A stretch of DNA of 64,000 nt, from NCBI GenBank assembly GCA_030064845.1, contig JASJEC010000002.1, positions 62,781 to 126,780 of the forward strand, in the 5' to 3' direction. Origin of the DNA: Kiloniellales bacterium. Its GTDB lineage: Bacteria > Pseudomonadota > Alphaproteobacteria > Kiloniellales > JAKSDN01. Shown here piece by piece: positions 45,297 through 56,002 of the stretch (its first letter is position 1; the number at the start of each line of letters is the position of its first letter). The translations under genes and the position numbers were made by a program. The notes beneath the pieces were generated by a model. That model made no database searches, was not told the DNA's origin, and saw nothing but the letters and a program-made list of their open reading frames with translations.

Positions 45297-46190
45297 TCAG
45301 CGGCTTTCCGCCCGCGTCTGACGCCTCAGCCACTCGTCGGCGACCTCGCCCATGGTCTTGTCCTTGCCGTTCTTGACCCAGCGCATGAAGGCGCGGTCGA
45401 AGGCGAAGTCCTCGCCGCAGACCGACTGGAGAAAACGGCGGACGTTCTGGGTGTTCCTGTAGCTCTCGGTGACCGGTGTCTGCCGCGTGATCGGATCGCG
45501 GTGCCAGTCGAAGCCGGGCTTCCGCCTCTTGCCCTTCGCGGCGGGCGCCGCGGCCTCCAGCGTGGTCTTGGCCTTGAAGCGGCAGAGGTCACGCAGGACA
45601 CAGGCCGGGCAATCGGGCTTGCGCGCCTTGCAGACGTAGCGGCCGTGCAGGATCAGCCAGTGGTGGGCGTGCAGCTTGCGCGCCGCCGGCACGGCCTTCT
45701 CCAGGGCCAGTTCCACGGCCAGCGGGGTCTTGCCCGGCGCCAAGCCGGTGCGGTTGGCGACCCGGAAGATATGGGTGTCGACCGCGATGGTCGGCTCGCC
45801 GAACGCGATGTTGAGCACCACGTTGGCGGTCTTGCGCCCGACGCCCGGCAGCTTTTCCAGGGCCGCCCGGTCGCGCGGCACCTGGCCGTCGTGCTCCTCG
45901 ATCAGGATCCGCGACAGCGCCATCACGTTCTTCGCCTTGGTGTTGAACAGCCCGATTGTCTTGATGTGCTCCTTCAGGCGCCCCTCGCCGAGCGCCAGCA
46001 TCTTCTCCGGGGTGTCCGCCTCCTGGAACAGGCCGCGCGTCGCCTTGTTGACGCTGACGTCGGTCGCCTGGGCCGAGAGCGCGACCGCGACCAGCAGGGT
46101 ATAGGGATTGACGTACTCGAGCTCGCCCTTGGGCGCGGGCATGGCTTCCGCGAGACGGTCGAAGAACGCCGCGATGTCCTTTTTCTTCAT
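45297..46190 (-). CDS. nth: endonuclease III (Nth) with an extra ~85-aa C-terminal domain
   Basis: 297 aa. It has the HhH-GPD motif (LPGVGRKTANVVL) and the FeS cluster C-X6-C-X2-C-X5-C (CKARKPDCPACVLRDLC). After these come a KGKRRK linker and GFDWHRDPITRQTPVTESYRNTQNVRRFLQ... Confidence 0.9.
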   Translation of the reverse strand: MKKKDIAAFFDRLAEAMPAPKGELEYVNPYTLLVAVALSAQATDVSVNKATRGLFQEADTPEKMLALGEGRLKEHIKTIGLFNTKAKNVMALSRILIEEHDGQVPRDRAALEKLPGVGRKTANVVLNIAFGEPTIAVDTHIFRVANRTGLAPGKTPLAVELALEKAVPAARKLHAHHWLILHGRYVCKARKPDCPACVLRDLCRFKAKTTLEAAAPAAKGKRRKPGFDWHRDPITRQTPVTESYRNTQNVRRFLQSVCGEDFAFDRAFMRWVKNGKDKTMGEVADEWLRRQTRAESR

Positions 46191-46333
46191 GCTGCAAATC
46201 TAGACACTCGTCTCGGTCGAGCAACAAGGCATTCCGGCCTTGAACCGGGCGAGCAACGCGAACGTAAACTCCAAGTACGGCGGCACGACGGGCTGTTGTC
46301 GGGCGCCTAGGGCTCTATATATTGATCTAGATC

Positions 46334-46831
46334 ATGACCGAAGTTGACGCCGAGAAAGAGGCCGCGCCCGTCTATTTCGACGTGCTGATGACGCCGCACC
46401 GCAGCCTGCCGCCCCAGGGTTTCGTGATTCTGATGGCCGCGGTTGGCCTGATCAGCTTCGGCGCCGGCCTGGTGTTCTTCCTGGTCGGCGCCTGGCCGGT
46501 GATCGGCTTCCTCGGCATCGACGTGCTGCTGATCTACATGGCCTTCCGGTTCAACTACCGCCAGGCCCGCATGTACGAGTCCCTGCACCTCACGGCGGAC
46601 TGCCTCGAGGTGCGCCGGGTCGACCACCGGGGCCGGGAAGCCAGCTGGGAGTTCCAGCCGACCTGGCTGCAGGTGATGATCGAAGAGCCGCCCCGGCTGA
46701 ACAGCCCGCTGACCCTCCGGTCCCACGGCCGCAGCCTGGTGATCGGCGCCTTCCTGACGCCGGACGAGAAGCTCGAGCTGGCCCAGGCCCTGCGCAGCGC
46801 CCTGGTCGAGGCGAGGGCGCCGGCGGTCTGA
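46334..46831 (+). CDS. DUF2244-family membrane protein
   Basis: 165 aa with two TM segments, followed by a PH-like soluble domain (WEFQPTWLQV...LRSHGRSLVIGAFLTPDEKLELAQAL). The family was recalled from memory. Confidence 0.6.
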   Translation: MTEVDAEKEAAPVYFDVLMTPHRSLPPQGFVILMAAVGLISFGAGLVFFLVGAWPVIGFLGIDVLLIYMAFRFNYRQARMYESLHLTADCLEVRRVDHRGREASWEFQPTWLQVMIEEPPRLNSPLTLRSHGRSLVIGAFLTPDEKLELAQALRSALVEARAPAV

Positions 46832-46833
46832 CC

Positions 46834-47640
46834 TTAGGACAGGCCGAGGACGTCCTTCATTGAGTAGAGCCCCGGCGGCTGGCCGACGGCCCAGCGCGCC
46901 GCCGTCACCGCCCCGCGCGCGTAGATCGCGCGGCTCGAGGCCTTATGGGTCAGCTCCAGGCGCTCGCCCTCGGCCGCGAAGATCACCGTGTGGTCGCCGA
47001 CCACGTCGCCGCCACGCAGCGCCGCGAAGCCGATGTCGCCGCGCCGACGGGGGCCGGTCTGGCCGTCGCGGACCCGCTGGCCGACCGCCTCCAGGTCGAC
47101 GCCGCGGCCCTCGGCCGCGGCCCGGCCGAGCGCCAGCGCAGTGCCCGAGGGCGCGTCGACCTTGCGCCGGTGGTGCATCTCGACCACCTCGATGTCGTAG
47201 TCGGGGTCGAGGCTGGCCGCGACCCTGCGAACCAGCTCGGTCAGCAGAGTGACCCCGAGGCTCATGTTGGCGGCCCAGACGACCGGCGTTCGTTCCGCCG
47301 CCGTGGCGATCGCCTTGCCGTCCTCGGCGCTCATTCCGGTGGTGCCGATCACCAGCGCCGTCTTTGTTTCGGCCGCGATATCGGCGTGGCGCCGGGTGGC
47401 GGTCGGCGCCGTGAAGTCGATCACGGCCGTTGCGCGGGCGAAAAGATCGGACGGGTCCTCGCCGACGGTCGTTCCGGTTGCGGAAAGACCGGCCAGCAGG
47501 CCCAGGTCCTGGCCGAGGGCGGGCGAGCCCGCCGCCTCGGTGCCGCCGGCCAGCGCCGCGCCATCCGTTTCGAGGACGGAACGAAGCAGCATCCGCCCCA
47601 TGTGCCCGGCGCAGCCGACGATGCCGATCTCGATGGTCAT
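46834..47640 (-). CDS. dapB: 4-hydroxy-tetrahydrodipicolinate reductase
   Basis: 268 aa. IGIVGCAGHMGRML, EMHHRRKVDAPSGTA and the C-terminal GLYSMKDVLGL are present. Confidence 0.95.
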   Translation of the reverse strand: MTIEIGIVGCAGHMGRMLLRSVLETDGAALAGGTEAAGSPALGQDLGLLAGLSATGTTVGEDPSDLFARATAVIDFTAPTATRRHADIAAETKTALVIGTTGMSAEDGKAIATAAERTPVVWAANMSLGVTLLTELVRRVAASLDPDYDIEVVEMHHRRKVDAPSGTALALGRAAAEGRGVDLEAVGQRVRDGQTGPRRRGDIGFAALRGGDVVGDHTVIFAAEGERLELTHKASSRAIYARGAVTAARWAVGQPPGLYSMKDVLGLS

Positions 47641-47678
47641 GATGATGCTCTCCCCGGCCCCCTTGGTTTGCCCAATCT

Positions 47679-47756
47679 GTCATAGCCGGACTCGATCCGG
47701 CTATCCAGGGCATCCGCCAACAAACCCTGGATGCCCGAATCAAGTCCGGGCATGAC
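47679..47756. repeat. palindromic intergenic repeat, family B, copy 2
   Basis: The arms GTCATAGCCGGACTCGATCCGGCTATCCAGGG and CCCTGGATGCCCGAATCAAGTCCGGGCATGAC are inverted. The right arm is nearly identical to copy 1. Confidence 0.8.
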
Positions 47757-47823
47757 AAAATAGGGAAGGCCGCCGCCGCGGCGCACCTTGCCTGGCGGGC
47801 GAAGCCGGGGTTCACTCGACGGC

Positions 47824-48498
47824 ATGACGGGAAGGAGCGACGAAGGCGGCTTCCGCAGCCTCTGGCCGACGATCTTCGTGGAACGGACCCTGCCCGGCCA
47901 CGAGGCGGCCAACCAGGTCCTGGCCGAGCTGGTCCAGCGGCTGGACCGGGACCGGGCCCAGATGACCACGGACTATCTGGCGGGCAACTTCTTCGCCCAG
48001 GAGCACCCGGCGGTCCAGTGGCTGAAGGGCTGCATCGACAAGACCGCGATCGACTACTTCAAGCACCTGGGCATCGGCTACCCGATCAACTGGACGGTCC
48101 AGGGCTGGGCCAACGTCAACCGCCTGGGCGACTACCACGACGCCCACAACCACCCCCACGCCTACCTCAGCGGCACCTACTACGTCAGCATGCCCGAGGG
48201 ACCGGCGGAGGTCGGGTCACGCAGCGACCTGCGCCCCGGCTGCATCACCTTCTACGACCCGCGGGGCGCGGTGAACATGACCGCGATCCGCCAGGACCCC
48301 TACATCGAGGCCGAGTACACGCTGAGGCCCAAGGCCGGCACGATTCTCCTGTGGCCGGCCTTCCTGCACCACTTCGTGCACCCCAACCTGACCAAACAGC
48401 CCCGGATCACGATCAGCTACAACATCGTGCTCAAGTGGTCAGACGACTACCTGCCGGCGCAGGGGGGCTTGACCGCGTCCGGCCAGAGCAGATCGTGA
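47824..48498 (+). CDS. putative 2OG-Fe(II) oxygenase (TIGR02466-like)
   Basis: ATG 47824 is preferred over the TTG at 47788. GDYHDAHNHPHAYLSGTYYV ... LLWPAFLHHFVHPN supplies the HxD...H facial triad pattern. Confidence 0.7.
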   Translation: MTGRSDEGGFRSLWPTIFVERTLPGHEAANQVLAELVQRLDRDRAQMTTDYLAGNFFAQEHPAVQWLKGCIDKTAIDYFKHLGIGYPINWTVQGWANVNRLGDYHDAHNHPHAYLSGTYYVSMPEGPAEVGSRSDLRPGCITFYDPRGAVNMTAIRQDPYIEAEYTLRPKAGTILLWPAFLHHFVHPNLTKQPRITISYNIVLKWSDDYLPAQGGLTASGQSRS

Positions 48499-48623
48499 TT
48501 GAATGGACTCGCCCGGGGCGATCCATTCAATCGCGTGAATCTGCTCTAACTCTAGAATGTAGAGCGGATTCACATGATTGGTCGGAACCATGAGTGGGTC
48601 CGACCAATCATGATCCGCGCTAG
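48491..48623. repeat. palindromic intergenic repeat, family C, copy 2 (three tandem hairpins)
   Basis: Hairpin 1 pairs 48497-48507 with 48522-48532 (11 bp). Hairpin 2 pairs 48535-48548 with 48560-48573 (14 bp, one G-T). Hairpin 3 pairs 48573-48586 with 48599-48612 (14 bp, perfect). It fills the convergent gap. Confidence 0.85.
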
Positions 48624-49375
48624 TGGCGGATGAAGGGCGAGTAGACGGGAGCGCCCGGCACCAGGCGCTTGTTCTCGCCGAAGTCCCGGTCCCGGTTGTA
48701 GGGAACCAGGGGGCGCGAGGAGAGCGTCTCGAGCGCCGCCGCCCAGCGTTCTGTGTAGGCCTCCAGGGTGCTGAGGCCGCCTTCCTTGCCTTCGATGAAG
48801 GCGACGCCGCCCACGCCGTGGAAGATCTCGGGCTCGAGGACCTGGAAGCCCAGATAGCGGAAGCAGAAGAGGATCGGCCAGAGATGCAGGCGGGTGTCGC
48901 CCTCCCGGCCGTCGTGAGCGCAGTTGTCTTCCGTCGCGCCGGTGGTGACGCAGGCGATCATTCTCTTTCCGGCGCAGATGCCGGCGTCGTACCGCATGGT
49001 GCTGCGATACATGCGGCCATAGACGAAGACCCGGTCGATCCAGCCCTTGAGAATCGCCGGCATGCCGAACCACCAGAGCGGAAAGTGCACGACCAGAAGA
49101 TCGCACCCGACCAAGCGATCTATTTCCGCGTTCACGTCCGCGGGCAGGCTTTCCTTGTCCGCGCTGAAACGCTGCTCGGTCTGGGTGTGAAACACCGCCG
49201 CGTCCTTGCGGGTGCCGTAGTGCCGCGGCCCCTCGCGCGGGTCGAAGTCCATGGCGTAGAGATCGGACAGCGAGGCTTCGTATCCGGCGGCCCCGAGCAC
49301 GCGCCCGGTGACGCCCGCCAGGTGTCCGTTAAAGGACTTCGGCTCCGGGTGAGCCAGAACGATGTGCGCCTTCAT
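48620..49375 (-). CDS. flavodoxin-like fold NAD(P)H:quinone oxidoreductase
   Basis: 251 aa. MKAHIVLAHPEPKSFNGHL ... LLVVHFPLWWFGMPAILKGWIDRV is the Flavodoxin_2/NQO pattern. Confidence 0.8.
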   Translation of the reverse strand: MKAHIVLAHPEPKSFNGHLAGVTGRVLGAAGYEASLSDLYAMDFDPREGPRHYGTRKDAAVFHTQTEQRFSADKESLPADVNAEIDRLVGCDLLVVHFPLWWFGMPAILKGWIDRVFVYGRMYRSTMRYDAGICAGKRMIACVTTGATEDNCAHDGREGDTRLHLWPILFCFRYLGFQVLEPEIFHGVGGVAFIEGKEGGLSTLEAYTERWAAALETLSSRPLVPYNRDRDFGENKRLVPGAPVYSPFIRH

Positions 49376-49438
49376 TCGGATGGTCCTCGTCCACGACTTT
49401 AGGATTGATCGCGGATCAGTGCCCGACCGAAGCCGCCG

Positions 49439-50572
49439 TCACTCCGTCAGGTCTTCCCAGAACTCCTTGACGCGGGAGAAGAAGCCTTCGGATTCGGGGC
49501 TGGTCTTCTTGCCCTTGCCCTCCTTCTCGAACTCCTCGAGCAGCTCCTTCTGGCGTTTGGTCAGGTTGACCGGGGTCTCGACGCCGACCTCGACGTACAT
49601 GTCGCCACGGGTCTTTGTGTTCAGCACCGACATGCCCTTGCTCTTGAGCCGGAAGCGCTGCCCGTTCTGGGCGCCGCCGGGAATCGAGATGCGCGCCTTG
49701 CCGCCGTCGATCGAGGGCACCTCGATCGAGCCGCCGAGCGCGGCGGTGGTCATGGGGATCGGCACGCGGCACTGGATGTCGGCGCCGTCGCGCTGGAAGA
49801 TGCGGTGCGGCGCGACCGAGAGGAAGATGTAGAGGTCGCCGGGCGCGGCGCCGCGCAGGCCCGCCTCGCCTTCCGAAGCCAGGCGGATCCGAGTGCCGTC
49901 CTCGACGCCGGCGGGAATGTTGACCTGGAGGGTCTTCTCCTTGTGGACCCGGCCCGCGCCGTTGCAGTCGCCGCAAGGCTTGTCGATCACCCGGCCGACG
50001 CCGTGGCAGGCCGGGCAGGTCCGCTCGATGGTGAAGAAGCCCTGCTGGGCCCGGACGCGGCCGTGGCCCTGGCAGGTGCCGCAGGCGACCGGCTGGGCGC
50101 CGCCCTCGGCGCCGCTGCCGCTGCAGCTGCCGCAGGTCACGCTGGTCGGCACGCGAATCTGGGCGCTCTTGCCGTGGAAGGCCTCTTCCAGCGAGACTTC
50201 CATGTTGTAGCGCAGATCGGCGCCCCGGCCCGAGTTCCGGCCGCGGCGACCGCCCGCGAAGTCGCCGAACATCTCGTCGAAGATGTCGGCGAAGCCGCTG
50301 GCGAAATTGAAGTCGAAGCCGCCCGCGCCGCGCGGCCCGGCGGCGCCGTCGAAGGCGGCGTGGCCGTAACGGTCGTAGGCCGCGCGTTTGTCCTTGTCCT
50401 TGAGGACCTCGTAGGCTTCGCTGACTTCCTTGAAACGCTGCTCCGCCGAGGTGTCATCCGGGTTGCGGTCCGGATGGTACTTCATCGCCAGGGCGCGATA
50501 GGCCTTTTTCAGCGCGGCTGCGTCGGCGTCCCGCGCCACCCCGAGGGTTTCGTAGTAATCCTGCTTGGCCAT
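49439..50572 (-). CDS. dnaJ: molecular chaperone DnaJ
   Basis: 377 aa. It has a J domain (YHPDRNP), a G/F region and four CxxCxGxG zinc motifs. Confidence 0.97.
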   Translation of the reverse strand: MAKQDYYETLGVARDADAAALKKAYRALAMKYHPDRNPDDTSAEQRFKEVSEAYEVLKDKDKRAAYDRYGHAAFDGAAGPRGAGGFDFNFASGFADIFDEMFGDFAGGRRGRNSGRGADLRYNMEVSLEEAFHGKSAQIRVPTSVTCGSCSGSGAEGGAQPVACGTCQGHGRVRAQQGFFTIERTCPACHGVGRVIDKPCGDCNGAGRVHKEKTLQVNIPAGVEDGTRIRLASEGEAGLRGAAPGDLYIFLSVAPHRIFQRDGADIQCRVPIPMTTAALGGSIEVPSIDGGKARISIPGGAQNGQRFRLKSKGMSVLNTKTRGDMYVEVGVETPVNLTKRQKELLEEFEKEGKGKKTSPESEGFFSRVKEFWEDLTE

Positions 50573-50619
50573 CTGCCCCCAGCGGCCTCCTGCTCAGCCG
50601 CGCGCCTTCGGGAAGGTGG

Positions 50620-50644
50620 CAGGGCCGCGCCGGGCGCGGCCCTG
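50620..50644 (-). other. dnaK-dnaJ intercistronic GC hairpin
   Basis: CAGGGCCGCGC-CGG-GCGCGGCCCTG forms an 11-bp perfect stem with a 3-nt loop. No T-run follows. Confidence 0.5.
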
Positions 50645-50697
50645 AACCCTATTCCCGACCGACAAGGTGATCGGCGCCGGCATGCTGTTGCGACCGC

Positions 50698-52629
<1,932 letters not shown>

Positions 52630-52734
52630 CTTGTTCCTCTTCTGTAGCGAGCCGCCGGGCAGCCTCGCGGGAAGCGCTGCCTCCGAGCCCCCAAAGGATG
52701 TTCCCGATTAAAAAACCGTATGCTCCGTCGGGAT

Positions 52735-52762
52735 ATATAAGCAGAAGCTGCAGTGCTGCAAG
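52735..52762 (-). promoter_or_regulatory. candidate RpoH (sigma32) heat-shock promoter of dnaKJ
   Basis: The minus strand reads CTTG-N17-CTTATAT. This matches the alphaproteobacterial RpoH consensus CTTG-N17-CYTATNT as I recall it. It lies about 105 nt upstream of the dnaK ATG. Confidence 0.6.
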
Positions 52763-52889
52763 GCGGGCGCGGCGCCAAAAGGCGGCCGTTCCGGGCCGCG
52801 GCGCTTGCGCGCCCGCGCCGGGCCCGCCACAGTGCGTCAGCGCCGCGGGCGAGCGGCGGACGCCCGGAGAACAGCGGGAAGGGCGGACC

Positions 52890-53123
52890 ATGCCGGACGA
52901 CGGAATCTTTCGCGCCATCCTGGCCGTGCTGGTGGTCAGCATGGTTACCGGCGTCGTCGTCATGCTGGCAGGCTTCTACGTCACCCAGTCCGAAGCCATG
53001 ATCGACGCCGGCGCGGGCCTCGCGCTGCTCAGCGGCCTGGCCTACGGCGTCTTCCGCCTGCTCGGCCGGCGCGAGCAGAGACGCCGCGAGGGCGGCGGAG
53101 GCGGGCCCGGCGACCCGCGCTGA
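52890..53123 (+). CDS. small two-TM membrane protein (hypothetical)
   Basis: 77 codons from ATG 52890. About 91 percent of third positions are G/C by my count. It has two hydrophobic helices and a basic/Gly tail, and ends 4 nt before the DUF1848-like gene. Confidence 0.5.
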   Translation: MPDDGIFRAILAVLVVSMVTGVVVMLAGFYVTQSEAMIDAGAGLALLSGLAYGVFRLLGRREQRRREGGGGGPGDPR

Positions 53124-53127
53124 GCCG

Positions 53128-53997
53128 ATGATCGTCTCGGCGAGTTACCGAACCGACATTCCGGCCTTCTACGGCGCCTGGTTCCGCGCGCGGCTGCGCG
53201 CCGGCTTCTGCCGGGTCGCCAATCCCTATGGCGGGCCCGACTACCGGGTTTCGCTGGCGAAGCCCGACGTCGACGGCTTCGTCTTCTGGACCCGCAACCT
53301 GCGGCCCTTCCTGCCGGTTCTGGACGAGATCGCCGGGCTGGGCTTGCCCTTCGTGGTGCAGTTCACCGTTACCGGCTACCCGCGCGCCCTGGAACCCTCG
53401 GTGATCGCGGCCGACGAGGCGGTCGCCCAGATCGTGCGGCTGGCCGCGCGTTTCGGGCCCCGCGTGGTGGTCTGGCGCTACGACCCGGTCTTCCTGACCG
53501 AGCTGACCCCGCCGGACTGGCACCGGCAGCAAGTCGCCGGGCTGGCCCGCCGCCTGGCGGGCAGCTGCGACGAGGTGGTCTTCTCCTTCGCCCAGATCTA
53601 CGCCAAGACACGGGCGAACAGCGACCGCGCGGCCCAGCGGCACGGCTACTCCTGGCGCGACCCGGCGGACGCGGAGAAAGCGGCCTTGCTGCGCGACCTG
53701 GCGGCGGTCGCCGCCACGGCGGGCCTGACACCCAGCCTCTGCGCCCAACCCGACCTACTGGAGGAGCCGCTCGAGGCGGCGCGCTGCATCGACGGCGGGC
53801 GGCTCTCCGACGTCGCCGGCAGGCCCCTGAAGGCCCGCGTGAAGGGCAACAGGCCTGGTTGCTTCTGCGCCGAGTCGCGCGACATCGGCGCCTACGACAC
53901 CTGTCCCCACGGCTGCGTCTACTGCTACGCCGTCAGGCGTCCCGAACTGGCGAAGGAAAGCCACCGGGCGCACGACCCGGCTGCGGAGAGGCTTTAG
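53128..53997 (+). CDS. DUF1848-family protein (probable Fe-S enzyme)
   Basis: 289 aa. The N-terminus MIVSASYRTDIPAFYGAWF and the C-terminal CFCAESRDIGAYDTCPHGCVYCYA match my recollection of DUF1848. Confidence 0.7.
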   Translation: MIVSASYRTDIPAFYGAWFRARLRAGFCRVANPYGGPDYRVSLAKPDVDGFVFWTRNLRPFLPVLDEIAGLGLPFVVQFTVTGYPRALEPSVIAADEAVAQIVRLAARFGPRVVVWRYDPVFLTELTPPDWHRQQVAGLARRLAGSCDEVVFSFAQIYAKTRANSDRAAQRHGYSWRDPADAEKAALLRDLAAVAATAGLTPSLCAQPDLLEEPLEAARCIDGGRLSDVAGRPLKARVKGNRPGCFCAESRDIGAYDTCPHGCVYCYAVRRPELAKESHRAHDPAAERL

Positions 53998-54020
53998 CAG
54001 GGTGCTGGAAAAGTCCGGAG

Positions 54021-54135
54021 CCCTTGATCACGATCATCCTTCGACAGGGGGCGAAGCCCGGCGCTTCGCGCGGATGAGGGTATGTGCTGGAATAATCTCG
54101 CCCTCACCCTGAGCTTGTCGAAGGGTGATGGTGCC
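54021..54135. repeat. palindromic intergenic repeat, family A, copy 4 (inverted orientation, with insert)
   Basis: CCCTTGATCACGATCATCCTTCGACAGGG ... CACCCTGAGCTTGTCGAAGGGTGATGG. The left arm carries an extra small palindrome GCGAAGCCCGGCGCTTCGC. Confidence 0.8.
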
Positions 54136-54159
54136 GGCCTAGTACCTATTCAGCGCACT

Positions 54160-54879
54160 CTAGGCGGAAGTATCGACCCGGCCGCCCTGGGCCCGCGGCT
54201 CCTGCGGCCCGCCCGCCTCGGCGCTCTCGCCGTCGGCCGGCGCCGCCTGCGCCGGCGCGCCGCCCTTGGCGACGCCGACCCGGGCCGGGCGGATCAGGCG
54301 GTCGTGCAGCAGGTAGCCCGGCTCCACCACCTGCACCACCGTGCCGCTCGGCTTGCTCGGGTCCGGCACCTCGAACATGGCCTCGTGCCGGTGCGGGTCC
54401 ATCATCTCGCCGAGCGGCTCGAGCTTGACCACGTTGTGGCGCTGAAAGACCGAGGCGAGTTCCCGCTCGGTCATCTCGATGCCGGCCAGCAGGGTCTTGA
54501 AGCGCTCGTCCTCGACGGTCTCGTCCTGGGGCACGCTCTGGATCGCCCGGCTCAGGTTGTCGGCCACGGCCAGGAGATCGCGCAACATGGGGGCGGCGGC
54601 GTACTTCTGGGCATCGGCCCGGTCGCGCTGGGCCCGGCGCCGGACGTTTTCCGCCTCGGCCAGGGCGCGCAGCAGCTGGTCCTTGAGCTGCGCCGCCTCG
54701 GCCTCGAGTTCGGCGACCTTCTCGCTCTCGGCCTCGACCGCGGGCTCGGGCCGCGCTTCGCCGGTGCCCTCCGCCGCTGCCTCGGGCTGCGGCTCTTCGG
54801 CGGGCGGCGCGCCGGCGGCGCTCTCCGCGTCGGGCTGCGGCGGCGCCTCTTGCTCTTGATGGGGCTTCTGCTCGGACAT
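54160..54879 (-). CDS. grpE: nucleotide exchange factor GrpE
   Basis: 239 aa from ATG 54879. LRALAEAENVRRRAQRD and HEAMFEVPD...VVQVVEPGYLLHDRLIRPARVGVAK are present. Confidence 0.95.
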   Translation of the reverse strand: MSEQKPHQEQEAPPQPDAESAAGAPPAEEPQPEAAAEGTGEARPEPAVEAESEKVAELEAEAAQLKDQLLRALAEAENVRRRAQRDRADAQKYAAAPMLRDLLAVADNLSRAIQSVPQDETVEDERFKTLLAGIEMTERELASVFQRHNVVKLEPLGEMMDPHRHEAMFEVPDPSKPSGTVVQVVEPGYLLHDRLIRPARVGVAKGGAPAQAAPADGESAEAGGPQEPRAQGGRVDTSA

Positions 54880-54902
54880 CTTCTGCTTCAACTCCTGGCC
54901 GG

Positions 54903-55976
54903 TCAGCCGACGATCTGGCTGATGACCTTTGCCGTGTAATCCACCATCGGAATGACCCGGGCGTAATCGATCCGGGTCGGCCCGATCACACCGATCGCCC
55001 CGACCAGCTTCTGTTCCGCATCGCTGTAGGGCGCCACGATCATCGAGCACCCGGCGAGGCCGAACAGTTCGCTTTCGGCGCCGATGAAGATCTGGACCCC
55101 TTCGGCCTCTTCCGCAAGGTTCAACAGGCTGACCAGGGTCTTCTTTGTCTCCAGAGCGCCGAACAGCTGGCGGATCCGCTCCAGGTCCTCGATCGCGCTG
55201 ATATCCTCGAGCAGGTGCGCCTGGCCCCGTACGATCAGCGCCCGGGCGCCGTCCGACGCCTGGCCGCCCCAGGTCGCGAGTCCCTGTTCGACGACCTTGC
55301 TGGTCAGCCCGTCGAGCTCGGCGCGCTGTTCCTGGAGCTCCCGGTTGATGATGCCCGCCGCCTCGTGGATCGTGCGGCCGACCAGCCGCGACGAGAGGTA
55401 GTTCGTCGCCTCGACCAAGGTCGAGGGCGGCAGGCCCATGGGAACGTCGATGATGCGGTTCTCGACCACCCCGTTGCCCGTGACCATGACCACCAGGGCC
55501 CGGCCCGGGCCGAGCGAGACGAACTCGATGTGCTTGAGGGGCGCCTCGGCCTTGGGCGCGACCACCAGGCCGGCGCAGTGGGACAGGGTCGAGAGCGTAG
55601 TGGTCGCCTGCTCCAGGATCTGCGGCAGGCCGCGGCCGCTGGCGGCGCACTGGCTCTCGATATGACGGCGCTCCTCGCTGGTCAGGTTGCCGCACTCGAG
55701 CAGGCCGTGAACGAAGAGCCGCAGACCCAGATCGGTCGGCAGGCGCCCGGCCGAGGTATGGGGCGCCATGAGCAGCCCCAGCTCTTCGAGGTCCGACATG
55801 ACGTTGCGGATCGTCGCGGGCGACAGGTCCAGGCCCAGGCGCCGCGACAGGGTGCGCGAGCCGATCGGCGCGCCGGTCGCCACGTAGGCCTCGACGATAT
55901 GCCTGAGGATATCCCGCGAACGCTCGTTGAGCTCATCCAGCGCCGGGATGTCCGGTTGCTTCAGCTCCGGCTTCAT
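54903..55976 (-). CDS. hrcA: heat-inducible transcription repressor HrcA
   Basis: 357 aa. RSRDILRHIVEAYVATGAPIGSRTLS is the winged-helix N-terminus typical of HrcA. Confidence 0.95.
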   Translation of the reverse strand: MKPELKQPDIPALDELNERSRDILRHIVEAYVATGAPIGSRTLSRRLGLDLSPATIRNVMSDLEELGLLMAPHTSAGRLPTDLGLRLFVHGLLECGNLTSEERRHIESQCAASGRGLPQILEQATTTLSTLSHCAGLVVAPKAEAPLKHIEFVSLGPGRALVVMVTGNGVVENRIIDVPMGLPPSTLVEATNYLSSRLVGRTIHEAAGIINRELQEQRAELDGLTSKVVEQGLATWGGQASDGARALIVRGQAHLLEDISAIEDLERIRQLFGALETKKTLVSLLNLAEEAEGVQIFIGAESELFGLAGCSMIVAPYSDAEQKLVGAIGVIGPTRIDYARVIPMVDYTAKVISQIVG

Positions 55977-56002
55977 CCTGCTTCTCTTGCGGTTGCGAAG
56001 GA

